Positions 9,153 through 18,244 of a stretch of 32,000 bases of DNA are shown here, piece by piece. Location of the stretch: NCBI GenBank assembly GCA_046350815.1, contig JAXLZO010000001.1, forward strand, positions 840,001 through 872,000, written 5' to 3'. The notes beneath the pieces are model-generated. The model saw only the letters and a program-made list of their open reading frames with translations. It was not told the DNA's origin and searched no databases. Numbering within the stretch: the first letter of the stretch is position 1; the number at the start of each line of letters is the position of its first letter. The translations under genes and the position numbers were made by a program. Source of the stretch: Candidatus Saccharimonadota bacterium (GTDB taxonomy: Bacteria > Patescibacteriota > Gracilibacteria > BD1-5 > UBA2023).

Positions 9153-10889
9153 ATGTCCACCTCCCAAGATATCGAAGCTCGGCTCAATATTGTCGATATC
9201 GTTTCTCGCTATCTCCCACTCAAAAAGGCATGAGCAAATTATAAATGACTCTGCCCATTTCATAGTGACAAGACACCATCATTGATGGTATCTCCCGCGA
9301 AGAATATTGCTTATTGTTTTGCATGTCATACAGGTGGTGGTCCGATCCGATTTGTGCAAGAAATTGAAAAAATAGAATATCGTGAAGCTCTTGAAATGCT
9401 CGCAAAAGAGGCAGGTATCACTCTTACGAATTTTAATCCAGCACAATTTAAGGCACAAAAAGACCTCTATGATCTCTATCAAAGAGTATCACAGTATTAT
9501 CATCAGTCACTGCTTCAGGAGGGAGAGGGGAGTACCCCCTACAAATACCTTATTGATCGTGGACTTTCTCTTGATATTATTGAGAAATTCAAGATTGGGT
9601 ATAGTGGTGATTCGCGCGGTGTGCTCCAAGCAGTTGCTGATGTTGGATATATTCCAGAAGATCTTGTTCAGGCTGGCATATTTGTTTCACATGATCGTGA
9701 CAAATTTCTCTCACGAGTAATTTTTCCTATTTGTAATCACATTGGTCATCCGATTGCCTTCACTGCCCGAACTCTCACTGGTGCGGAGCCAAAGTACCTC
9801 AATAGTCCTGCAACCAAGATATTCACAAAATGAAGTGTTCTCTATGCTTATCATCTTGCAAAAGCAGCGATATCCAAGCTCGGCTATGTAGTTATCGTAG
9901 AATGACAAATGGATGCCGTGTCACTTCATGCACATGGAGTGACACAAACAGTCGCAATATCATGATCAGCTCTTACGCATGATCAGGTCAAACTCCTGAA
10001 GCGAATAACATCTCGTATCTACCTTGCATTAGATGCTGATACAGCAGGTCAGAATGCAACGATTGCATCGATCGAAATACTTCTGCAACATGAAATGGAC
10101 ATTCGTATTATTACCTTTCCAAATGGAAAAGATCCGGATGATTTTGTGCGAAGCGGTGGTAATTTTGATGATCTTATTACAAATGCTCAGACAGCAGTAC
10201 ACTACTACCTATCGATCGCAAAAAGTCGCTATGATCTCTCCAGCATTCCCGGAAAACTCTCTCTCGCAAGAGATATTCTCCGGCTTATTAAACCGATACA
10301 TTCAAAATTGGAGAAAGATATGTATCTTCGTCAAGTAGCTGATGAACTCAATCTCTCAATAGAATCTCTCTACGAAGAAATGCGGGATGTAAAAACTCCA
10401 CTTGCCACTCATGAATCAAATTGAAATTCTCAAAAAAGAATGCTTCATGAATCGAGTTGGTATATATTAGCGAGTATTATTGTAACCGTTGATCATTTTG
10501 AAGAGTTTTTTTCTTGGTTTCACAACATTTTTGCTTATAATCCTCGTGATTGGGAGCAAATCCCGAATTTTTGAATTTTGCAAAAAGCGATCAGCACACG
10601 ATCAAGTGAGTCAAATAGTGCCATTCTCTCTCCAGAAGAGTCTGAAGATCTTGCTATACTCGCTCTCGAATATGATTGGTATCACCAATCTCTTGAGAAA
10701 CTTCTTGATCAAGCTCGACCATTTTTTGTAAAATTTGCAAAGGAGTTATTTGCTCATAAAAAATCTCAGCTTCTCCTTCAGTATCCTGAAAACTCGCGAG
10801 AATATCTTTGAGTATTTCAGGAGCTCAAGTCAACTGAAAAGCATTGTCTTCACTCTCTTTCATTACCGTATGACTCAAAAAAACCGTAA
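9153..10889 (+). CDS. dnaG: DNA primase DnaG, 578 aa
   Basis: All fragments (9282-9833, 10095-10424, 10578-10811) are in the frame of ATG 9153 and joined by TGA. Zinc-finger motif [28 protein letters not shown]. TOPRIM motifs VIVEGQMDAVSLH and ALDADTAG. TAA at 10887-10889. Confidence 0.9.
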
Positions 10890-12354
10890 AAAAAGTATAT
10901 CGAAAGATACAGATACGACTCTTGCGACCGAGGTTTCTCTTGATGATGTATTTAGCGAAGATACTCATGAAGAACATCATCATGATATTGAGCCATCACT
11001 TGAAATTCTTGATCAACTTGAGAATTCGGATGATTTTGCAGATAGTTTGTTAGTACCTATTGATCTTCTTGATGAGGATGAGCTCTTTGATGATTTTGAT
11101 GAGGAAGAAATGGTAGATTTTGAGGATTTTGATGGAGAGGATGATGATTCAGAAGAAGATGATCAATTTTGATCAATTGGTGGTGGTGCAAAAAAAGAGC
11201 GAAATCTCGCACGTATACCTATTGAACGGTCTCATGACAAACGTCGTGTAGGAAAGGGAATGCACAAATTCATGGATATAGAAATTCCACAGGAATATCT
11301 TGAGGGTCTTCCTCCTGAATTGGTAGAGCTTTTCAAAAAAGGAAAAATTGATGGGCATATAACCAATGATGAGCTCATGTCAGCATTTCCAAATGCTGAA
11401 TCTGATCTAGATATGCTTGATGAGATCTATACTCGTCTGATGAAGCTCCATATCGATATTGTCGATAATCTGGATAAGGAAGAGATTTTCAAAGCTGGAG
11501 CGAAGGGTGGGGAAGTAGATCTCTCAGATATATCAGATGATTCGATCCGAATGTATCTCAATGAGATAGGTCGATATGCTCTGATTGACAGCGAGGAAGA
11601 GGTTCGTCTTGGACGACTCATCAAGCAAGGTGATCAAATAGCTCGAAAAAAACTTGCAGAAGCAAATCTTCGTCTTGTGGTTTCGATCGCAAAGAAATAT
11701 ATGGGACGAGGTCTCGGTCTTCTTGATCTCATTCAAGAATGAAACGTTGGACTCTTTCGTGCGGTTGATAAATTTGATGCAGAAAAATGATTCAAATTCT
11801 CGACTTATGCGACATGGTGGATTCGTCAAGGTGTAACTCGAGCGATTGCTGATCAAGCTCGAACGATCCGAGTACCGGTCCATATGGTTGAGACGATCAA
11901 TAAGTTCACTCATACGTATCGTCGACTTACTCAGGAACTAGCACGTGAACCACTCATCGAGGAGCTTGCACTTGAGCTTGATATGGATCAGCGAAAGGTT
12001 CGTCAGATCATGAGGATATCTCAGGATATCCTCTCACTCGATGCTCCATATGGGAGTGAGGAAGATGCAACACTTGGTGATTTTCTCGAAGATGATAAGT
12101 ATATGACGCCTGACAAGGCAGCAAACCTTACGCTTCTCAAAGAGAATCTCTATGATATGCTTGATTTTCTCACTCCTCGTGAGCGAAAAATCATCATTAT
12201 GAGATTCGGACTCGATGGTGGTGAAATTCACACACTCGAAGAAGTTGGAAAAGAGTTTGGTGTCACTCGTGAACGTGTCCGTCAGATTGAGGCAAAAACA
12301 CTTGAGAAACTCCGAACGCATCCAAATGCTGATAAGATTAAATTCTTTCACTAA
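10870..12354 (+). CDS. rpoD: Primary RNA polymerase sigma factor (sigma-70/RpoD), 494 aa
   Basis: ATG 10870 overlaps the dnaG end by 20 nt. Acidic N-terminal region. Region 2 reads [35 protein letters not shown] with both Gly as TGA. Region 4 reads [29 protein letters not shown] at 12352-12354. Confidence 0.92.
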
Positions 12355-12355
12355 G

Positions 12356-12389
12356 AAAAATCCCCCCATTGCTGGGGGGATTTATTTTT
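12356..12389. terminator. Rho-independent terminator after rpoD, usable from both strands
   Basis: tcccccc-attgct-gggggga (12361-12380), preceded by aaaaa and followed by tttattttt. Confidence 0.8.
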
Positions 12390-12630
12390 CTCAAAGGCTT
12401 GCCGGGCAATAACTTAGGGGCTTGCCACATGATACCAGACAAATAGTAGTATTAATCTCGTATCATGTGTCTTCCTTTCCAAGTATCGACCTACCTTTTA
12501 CCATTCTTCGTTCCGGACTGAGGATTGGTAGCAAGATTCTGCAGGGATCTCGACGCAGAGAAGTTTTGCATGAGAGTACGATTATAGGGTACTTGTTTGA
12601 TCGTTCCACCAATAATTTTCTTCTTGTTGC
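12356..12630 (-). ncRNA. Candidate orphan transcript (about 270 nt): unclassified structured RNA, or mRNA for a 40-codon micro-ORF (12382-12504)
   Basis: It is bounded by a minus-strand promoter-like site (12637-12665) and the bidirectional terminator (12356-12389). It contains a perfect 10-bp inverted repeat (12426-12435 / 12460-12469) and several smaller hairpins. There is no convincing long ORF on either strand under code 25. The class is not identified. Confidence 0.3.
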
Positions 12631-12636
12631 AGGAGC

Positions 12637-12665
12637 ATTAAAGCATATTTTTTACAGGAATGCAA
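12637..12665 (-). promoter_or_regulatory. Candidate promoter firing away from gatA into the rpoD-gatA spacer
   Basis: On the minus strand: TTGCAT (12665-12660), 17-nt spacer, TTTAAT (12642-12637). It shares a 19/20-nt block with the promoter at 9029-9057. Confidence 0.35.
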
Positions 12666-12741
12666 ATTTTTTACACTTGTGATTCTAGCTTTTCAATTAC
12701 GCCTCTTTGAATACAATGTGCACATCTTTTTTCTTTTTGTT

Positions 12742-14169
12742 ATGGCATTTGATTTCTCTCAGCTTTCTGATCTTGATTTGATGGATATCCTCGCTTGTAT
12801 AGAGCGTGGTGAAGTTACCTCTCAAGAGGTATATCAATACTTCCGAAATCAATCTCAAGAACGTAATCCTCAGTTGAACGCTTTTATTCAAATATACGAT
12901 CAGCCATCGAACCTTGAGGTAAACGCTGCACTCAAGTGACTCCCTATTGGTATCAAGGATGTTTTTAATGAGCAAGGTCGCCTCACACAAGCAGCGAGTA
13001 AGATGCTTGAATGATACAAATCTCCATATACAGCAACGGTCATGAAAAAACTTCTCGATGCTGGTATGAACTCACTCGGAACTCTCAATATGGACGAATT
13101 TGCTATGGGTGGTTCAGGTGAGAATAGTTCATTTGGTCCAGCACTCAATCCACATGATACGACTCGTGTACCAGGTGGTTCTTCCTCAGGATCAGCAGTG
13201 GCTGTAGCTGCAGGTATGGTGCCAGCTGCTCTTGGTACGGATACAGGTGGATCAATCCGTCAGCCAGCATCTATGTGTGGCGTGGTAGGATTCAAGCCAA
13301 CCTACGGACGCAACAGTCGCTATGGTGTAATGGCGATGGCATCATCACTCGATACTCCAGGTACCCTGACAAAATCAGTACGTGATGCTTATTTGCTCTA
13401 TTCACTTATGGCAGGCCATGATCCTCTTGATTCTACAAGTCTCACAAGTCACGTACCACTGGATGCATCGACACTTGAGAATACTTCCCTCGCAGGGAAG
13501 AAAGTAGGTGTTCCTGCCGAATATTTTGTTGAAGGTCTCGATGCTGGTGTTCATGCATCTATCGATAAAGCAATCGAGCATATCAGATCACTCGGTGGAG
13601 AGATCGTTCCAGTCTCACTTCCTCATACTCAGTACGGAGTGAGCGTCTACTATATTACCATGGCAGCTGAGGTTTCGACGAACATGGCTCGCTATGATGG
13701 TATACGATTTGGACACAAGGAGTGAGCTGGGAATGATGTAACACTCAACCGATCAACATGATTTGGTCCAGAGGTACTTCGTCGTATTATGCTCGGATCT
13801 CATGTACTCTCTGCTGGTTTCTATGATGCATACTATCATAAAGCAAGTGAAGTTCGAGAGTTGATTCGTCAGGATTTCGAAAAAGCATTCGAACAATGCG
13901 ATGTGATCGTCGCTCCAGTATCACCATCGGTCGCATGGAAGATAGGGGAGAAGACAAGTGATCCACTCAAGATGTATCTCTCCGATATCTACACGATCCC
14001 AGCAAGCCTTGCATGACTCCCAGGTATGTCACTCCCAATCGATCCAGCACTTCCTGAGGAAGGTGGAGACAAGCCACTCCCAGTAGGACTTCAGATTCTT
14101 GCCAAGGGTGAGAATGAACTCGAGATATTCTCATTTGCAAGTGCGCTTGAAAAGGTATACAGAAAGTAG
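12742..14169 (+). CDS. gatA: Glutamyl/aspartyl-tRNA amidotransferase subunit A (GatA, amidase family), 475 aa
   Basis: Fragments 12679-12939, 13042-13725 and 13789-14016 plus a tail are in one frame and joined by TGA. Amidase signature [35 protein letters not shown] at 14167-14169. Confidence 0.9.
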
Positions 14170-14189
14170 GACAGCTGTTATTCTGCAAT

Positions 14190-14845
14190 GTATAAAACCC
14201 CCACCTCTGGTGGGGGAAACACCTAGGTTCTACCGTTCCAACATGTACAAGAAAAAAGGTTATGATAGTATCTCTCAAGCAGAGAGTCCCCAGAAGAAGG
14301 GTGCTTACTATCATAACCTTTTTTCATTCTTCACTTATGGCTCATACTTCCTTTGATTGTAGCTACCATATAGTACTTTGCCCAAAGTACCGCAAGAAAA
14401 TTATATATGGAACTTATAAAACTCAACTCTGAAACATTCTCAATGATCTTCTGAGAGAAATGAAAATAGAAAAACTCGAATGACATCTTATGAAAGATCA
14501 CATTCATCTTCAGCTCAAGATACCACCAAGTCTCTCAGTAGCAAAAGTCATAGGTACTCTTAAATGAAAATCTGCCATACGACTCCATAATAGATATGCA
14601 CCAAGAAGAACAGCTCTTGGACACAAACACTTTTGGTCACGATGATACTTCGTACGAACAACAGGACTCGATATTGAAATGATCAACAACTACATCCGTA
14701 ACCAAGAGAAAGAAGATATAATTGAGGATGGTAATCAACTTGATCTTCACTTCTAGTCTCACGCTATCCTAAGTCTCACTATACTTCCCATTCAAGACCC
14801 TTCTAGGGTCTCTCTGCTAAAACCCCCTGTTCTACAGGGGGATAT
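14190..14845 (+). mobile_element. IS200/IS605-family insertion sequence (tnpA only, no tnpB); boundaries approximate
   Basis: Y1 transposase gene flanked by subterminal hairpins. Left: cccccacc-tct-ggtggggg (14198-14216). Right: agaccc-ttcta-gggtct (14795-14811) and ccccctg-ttcta-caggggg (14823-14841). Both outer hairpins are preceded by TAAAA. A 19-bp perfect inverted repeat (14252-14270 / 14306-14324) lies just upstream of the tnpA start. Confidence 0.7.
14337..14756 (+). CDS. tnpA: IS200/IS605 family Y1 (HUH) transposase TnpA, 139 aa
   Basis: Starts MAHTSFDCSYHIVLCPKYRKKIIYG. HUH motif in LE-G-HLMKDHIHLQL, then LK-G-KSAIRL, FWSR-G-YFVRTTG and the Tyr motif NNYIRNQEKED. Four in-frame TGAs, three of which sit where this family normally has Gly. 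TAG at 14754-14756. Confidence 0.85.
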
Positions 14846-14929
14846 TTATTTAGGATTTACATTAAAATTCTTTAGAGAGAAAATGGAGAATAAGAAACTT
14901 GTAGACCCTTATTTTAATATGTTTCATAT

Positions 14930-15307
14930 ATGAAAAATATTAAGCAACTTCACTTAGAGAAGTATAATAATCTATCAAAATACAAACACACAAATTATCA
15001 GCACATTGAAGGTGGAATATATCAGGATTTAATTGACTCTGGTAGTACTAGCTATAGAATTGCGGTATCATTTGAACTCGAAGTTGGTGAAGATATTCAA
15101 TACCCTCTTGATGATATATTAGTTGATTATTCTCTATATATTTCTGATTTTCTAGAATCAGAAAGTTTAGTAAATGGCGAAATAAAACTTGAGTTAGGAG
15201 GTGAACTAAAAGATGTTCAGAAAATAAAAGAAATATTAGGTAAACATGTATTTAATCGAGAATATATTGAAAATGGCGAAATCTACAGAGAGCTGATCGT
15301 TGAGTAG
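14930..15307 (+). CDS. Hypothetical acidic protein, 125 aa
   Basis: Intact ATG-TAG ORF in the track with no TGA. AT-rich. No family recognised. Confidence 0.4.
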   Translation: MKNIKQLHLEKYNNLSKYKHTNYQHIEGGIYQDLIDSGSTSYRIAVSFELEVGEDIQYPLDDILVDYSLYISDFLESESLVNGEIKLELGGELKDVQKIKEILGKHVFNREYIENGEIYRELIVE

Positions 15308-15639
15308 TTGTATGTACTATTTATGGTGTTTATTGCTATCATGATAATACCAGTATAAAATATAGTAGAGAAGAATAATAATTCAAAGAGAGAATATCTG
15401 ACTCACTATACCATTCTCAATATTGGGGATAAAGAGATCAAGATCGATGATGTTGAAATAGTTGATGAGTGTAATATCTTGGGTCTGAAGGAAAGAGATA
15501 AAAAGAAGAACAAGATGAGTACATGCAGACAAAAGCACGAGTCATTTGAATGCTTTCCAGAGCGATTTTCTAGTAATGCTTTTCATAGAGGTGAAATATA
15601 CCCCAGTATTGCATATTTTTTGATTTCATGCAAACATCT

Positions 15640-15775
15640 GTCATCTCGAGCAAAGTGAGATCAGGTTTACCAATCCATTAAACTTGCATAGAAGCAGTGA
15701 ATCGGAGATCCCTTTTGCAAGATATTTTCACGGAACTTCTAGTTGAAGGGATTTCTCTCTAGCGTTCGAAATGAC
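15640..15775. other. Structured non-coding element closed by a 12-bp stem (possible sRNA or element remnant)
   Basis: gtcatctcgagc (15640-15651) pairs with gcgttcgaaatgac (15762-15775): 11 of 12 positions pair, including one G.U. Nested stems are cttgca/tgcaag (15683-15688 / 15716-15721) and gagatccc/gggatttctc. It sits directly upstream of the terminator at 15787-15810. Confidence 0.3.
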
Positions 15776-15786
15776 AAAAAACTTAG

Positions 15787-15810
15787 AAAAAAACCACATG
15801 TGGTTTTTTT
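15787..15810. terminator. Palindromic bidirectional terminator
   Basis: aaaaaaaccaca|tgtggttttttt, 8 nt beyond the TAA (15819-15821) of the minus-strand membrane protein gene. Confidence 0.75.
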
Positions 15811-15818
15811 CTAGTAAC

Positions 15819-16886
15819 TTATGCATTTGTTGATGGTGGATTCTGTACTGGTGTATTATTTTGATTAGAAGGTATTGTTGGAGCTACACTTGAATTTGAT
15901 TCAAGAGGTGTCTGTGACATAGTCTCTGCTCCAGAAGTTGCTATCATCGATTCTACCGTTTGAATTGGTGTTGTTGTTGGAGGAGTTGGAGCTACAAATG
16001 GAGTTGTTGCAACAGGACCCTCATGATAACCAACAGTTACACTTGCTTGGTATGGTTGAGTATTTGCTGGCGGAATATAACTTGCTACACAATGACGCTT
16101 CACAACAAAGTAATAAACGATTGCAATGACAAGCCCACCTCCAATGAGACCGATACCGACGAGAAGAGCAATCCAGAGAATCTTGTTTGGGATATTATTG
16201 GAACAAGCATGAATAAGCATGATGAGCCAAAATACAAAACTTACAAGGCAAAGCACACCAAATACAAGTATTGCCCAAAGTCCCATTTTAAGAAATCCCC
16301 AAGCATCTTCTGCGACTTGTGTACAATCAACCGATTTGCCATTTACGCTACAATCTCATAAGGAGGCTCATGAGTTAGTTGCTACAATCAAACGTTCTCA
16401 TGTTTTACAGTTCGCGGGCACTCAATTAATATAACAGCCTTTTGAAACAGTTGATCAAGTATTTTTCATTTCTTTTTGAGTTCATTGCGATTTTTTAACT
16501 CAAGATCAAGTTTGTTGTTTCCCGAACGCACTTTTAGCACAATCAATTTCTATTCCCTCGTTATTCATACATATTGTTCTTCATTTTAAATTCGCAGTGC
16601 CCATAGGTGTACCAATTTTATATTGCTCGATAATTTGAGCATTGGTTTTACTAATGGCGTAATCAGAACATGGTAGAAATTCATCTGCATGTCATTGTAA
16701 TATTTCTTTATGTTCATCAAGAATACTATCTCCTTGTGTTGTATAAAAAGGAAATTGACACCATTCTTGATTATCTTTATCTGTTACGATCCATAAAGAT
16801 GCTTTTCCACTAGCAAAAATATGATGCGAAAATCATGTAATGATGAACACAAGGAGTGTTCCAAGTGCAAGAAGAATTTTTTTCAT
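15819..16886 (-). CDS. Exported Cys-rich protein with two C-terminal TM helices and a Pro/Thr-rich tail, 355 aa (alternative short form 15819-16286)
   Basis: The track shows only the 155-aa part. Under code 25 the same frame stays free of TAA/TAG up to ATG 16886, which encodes a signal-peptide-like MKKILLALGTLLVFIITGFSHHIFA. The 16290-16510 part contains nine TGAs, mostly in turn-like contexts (ING, KTGE, NSGAS, SLGD). TAA at 15819-15821. Confidence 0.5.
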
Positions 16887-16895
16887 AAAAAAGAA

Positions 16896-16949
16896 GTAAG
16901 AAATATAAAATTCTTACCCATCATACTCCTCTTATGCTCGTTCTGTCAA
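16896..16949 (-). promoter_or_regulatory. Intergenic terminator hairpin overlapped by a promoter-like site
   Basis: On the minus strand: TTGACA (16949-16944), 18-nt spacer, TATGAT (16925-16920). This is followed by the hairpin gtaagaa-ttttatat-ttcttac (16917-16896), then ttctttttt, then ATG 16886. Confidence 0.35.
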
Positions 16950-16957
16950 ATCTTTCG

Positions 16958-18244
16958 TTATTCCTTCTTCATTTTCTCTATAATTCCATCACTGACAAGG
17001 CTTGCTGTCACCCAACATGATTGAAAGTTGAATCCCCCCGTAATACCATCAATATTGAGGATCTCTCATGCAAAGTAGAGATTTGGAGTGATTTTTGATT
17101 CGCAGGTTTTGTTTGATACTTCATCGGTATCGATACCTCATGCTGTGACAAATTCATCTCATGGGCGCCTCTTTGTGAGTGTGATATTGATACTACTTAG
17201 AAGGGTATGAATAATGTATTTTCGTTCTTCGCGTGAGACAGTGCTTGCTGTCCGATCAAGATGGATTATTTTCTGGTCTTTCCAGAGAAGCTCGCTGAAT
17301 CTCTCAGGAAGAGGGATGAGAAGATGGAGAATATTTCCGAGTGTTTTCTTAGGATGCTCGCTGAGAATCTTGATCAATCTTTGCTCGACCTGTTCGAAAT
17401 TTTCGCTCGTCAGTGCAAGTATGAGCTTGAGAGTATGCTCTGGGGTGATCTCTCGATAGGCGAGTGATGCAGCGAGGGCAAATACTCATGGTCAAGATAT
17501 CCCAAAATGTGTGAATATCATATCTCCTGTACAAAGAACTTCTTTTTTATCTGATTCTCGAAAGACGACTTTTTTGAGTGCTACTCACTGAAGCAGTAAA
17601 AAATCTCCAAAGAGAGGAAGAGTCTCAAAGGAATTGAGAGAGGGGGAGAGTGGTGTGATTGTATGATCCATTGATCGAGCAAATTCATATCCATCACCAT
17701 TTGAACCAGTGTGTGCATAGGCATTACCACCTGTTGTGAGAACAACAACATCTGCTCATATTTTTTCATTAGTCCCAAAGATGAGCTCGAATTGCTCACC
17801 TTGTTGTTTGAGTGATCTGAGGCTCATTTTGGTAGAGAGATTGAGGTGATTGTGAGTGCTAATTGCACACTCGAATACACCAACAATATCACCACTTTTG
17901 TTACTCATTGGGAATACTCGTCCATCATCTTCCATGCGGCTCTCAACTCCGTGAAATGCAAAAAATTCGCGTATTTTCTTCGGCGAATATTTTCCGATGC
18001 CATATTTGAGAAATTCACTTCCACGAATATATGCCTCAAGAATGTGTGATTTTTCCTCTCTTCCTGTTGTAAAATTACACCTCCCTCCTCAGGAGATACG
18101 GATCTTTTTTCCGATCTCTGAATTTTTCTCGTAAATAGTTATATTTGCTTGATGTTCACCCAGTGATTCAGCAAGTCTGAGTCCACACATGAGTCCAGCT
18201 GCCCCTGCACCTATAATTGCTATCTCAGTTTTTCTATTTTCCAT
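16958..18244 (-). CDS. NAD(P)/FAD-dependent oxidoreductase of the HI0933/BaiN family, 428 aa
   Basis: The N-terminal dinucleotide fold IAIIGAGAAGLMCG, then RISGGGRCNFT, VVLTTGGNAY and C-terminal EILNIDGITGGFNFQSCW all lie in one frame once the TGAs are read as Gly. ATG 18244, TAA 16958-16960. Confidence 0.8.

Noticed and set aside
12504-12520. SRP (4.5S) RNA helix-8-like motif cagtccggaacgaagaa on the minus strand, flanked by tacca/tggta
   Set aside because: The GGAA loop would be closed by a C.C mismatch, the 3' side reads AGAA rather than the conserved AGCA, and I could not pair the flanks into a long helix 5. It is kept only as part of the unclassified RNA candidate.
12422-12682. 86-aa + strand ORF in the rpoD-gatA spacer
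   Set aside because: It starts inside hairpin-rich sequence right after a terminator, has no RBS, and its product looks like low-quality sequence. It is not GatC-like.
14930-15307. Idea that TGA-free genes (14930-15307, 20328-20666, 6782-7228, 25321-25704) were recently acquired from standard-code donors
   Set aside because: TGA occurs only about once per 100 codons in the clear native genes by eye, so genes of 110-150 codons lacking TGA are expected by chance. This is not significant.
15290-15586. Minus-strand code-25 ORF starting MKSITRKSLWKAFKG in the non-coding gap
   Set aside because: Its composition is dominated by Y/S/L/H, typical of AT-rich non-coding DNA. It has an anti-SD-like sequence instead of an RBS, and it overlaps the end of the 14930-15307 ORF.
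15760-15775. tRNA T-loop-like gttcgaaat
   Set aside because: No flanking T-stem, acceptor stem or anticodon arm can be drawn. It forms the closing stem of the 136-nt element instead.
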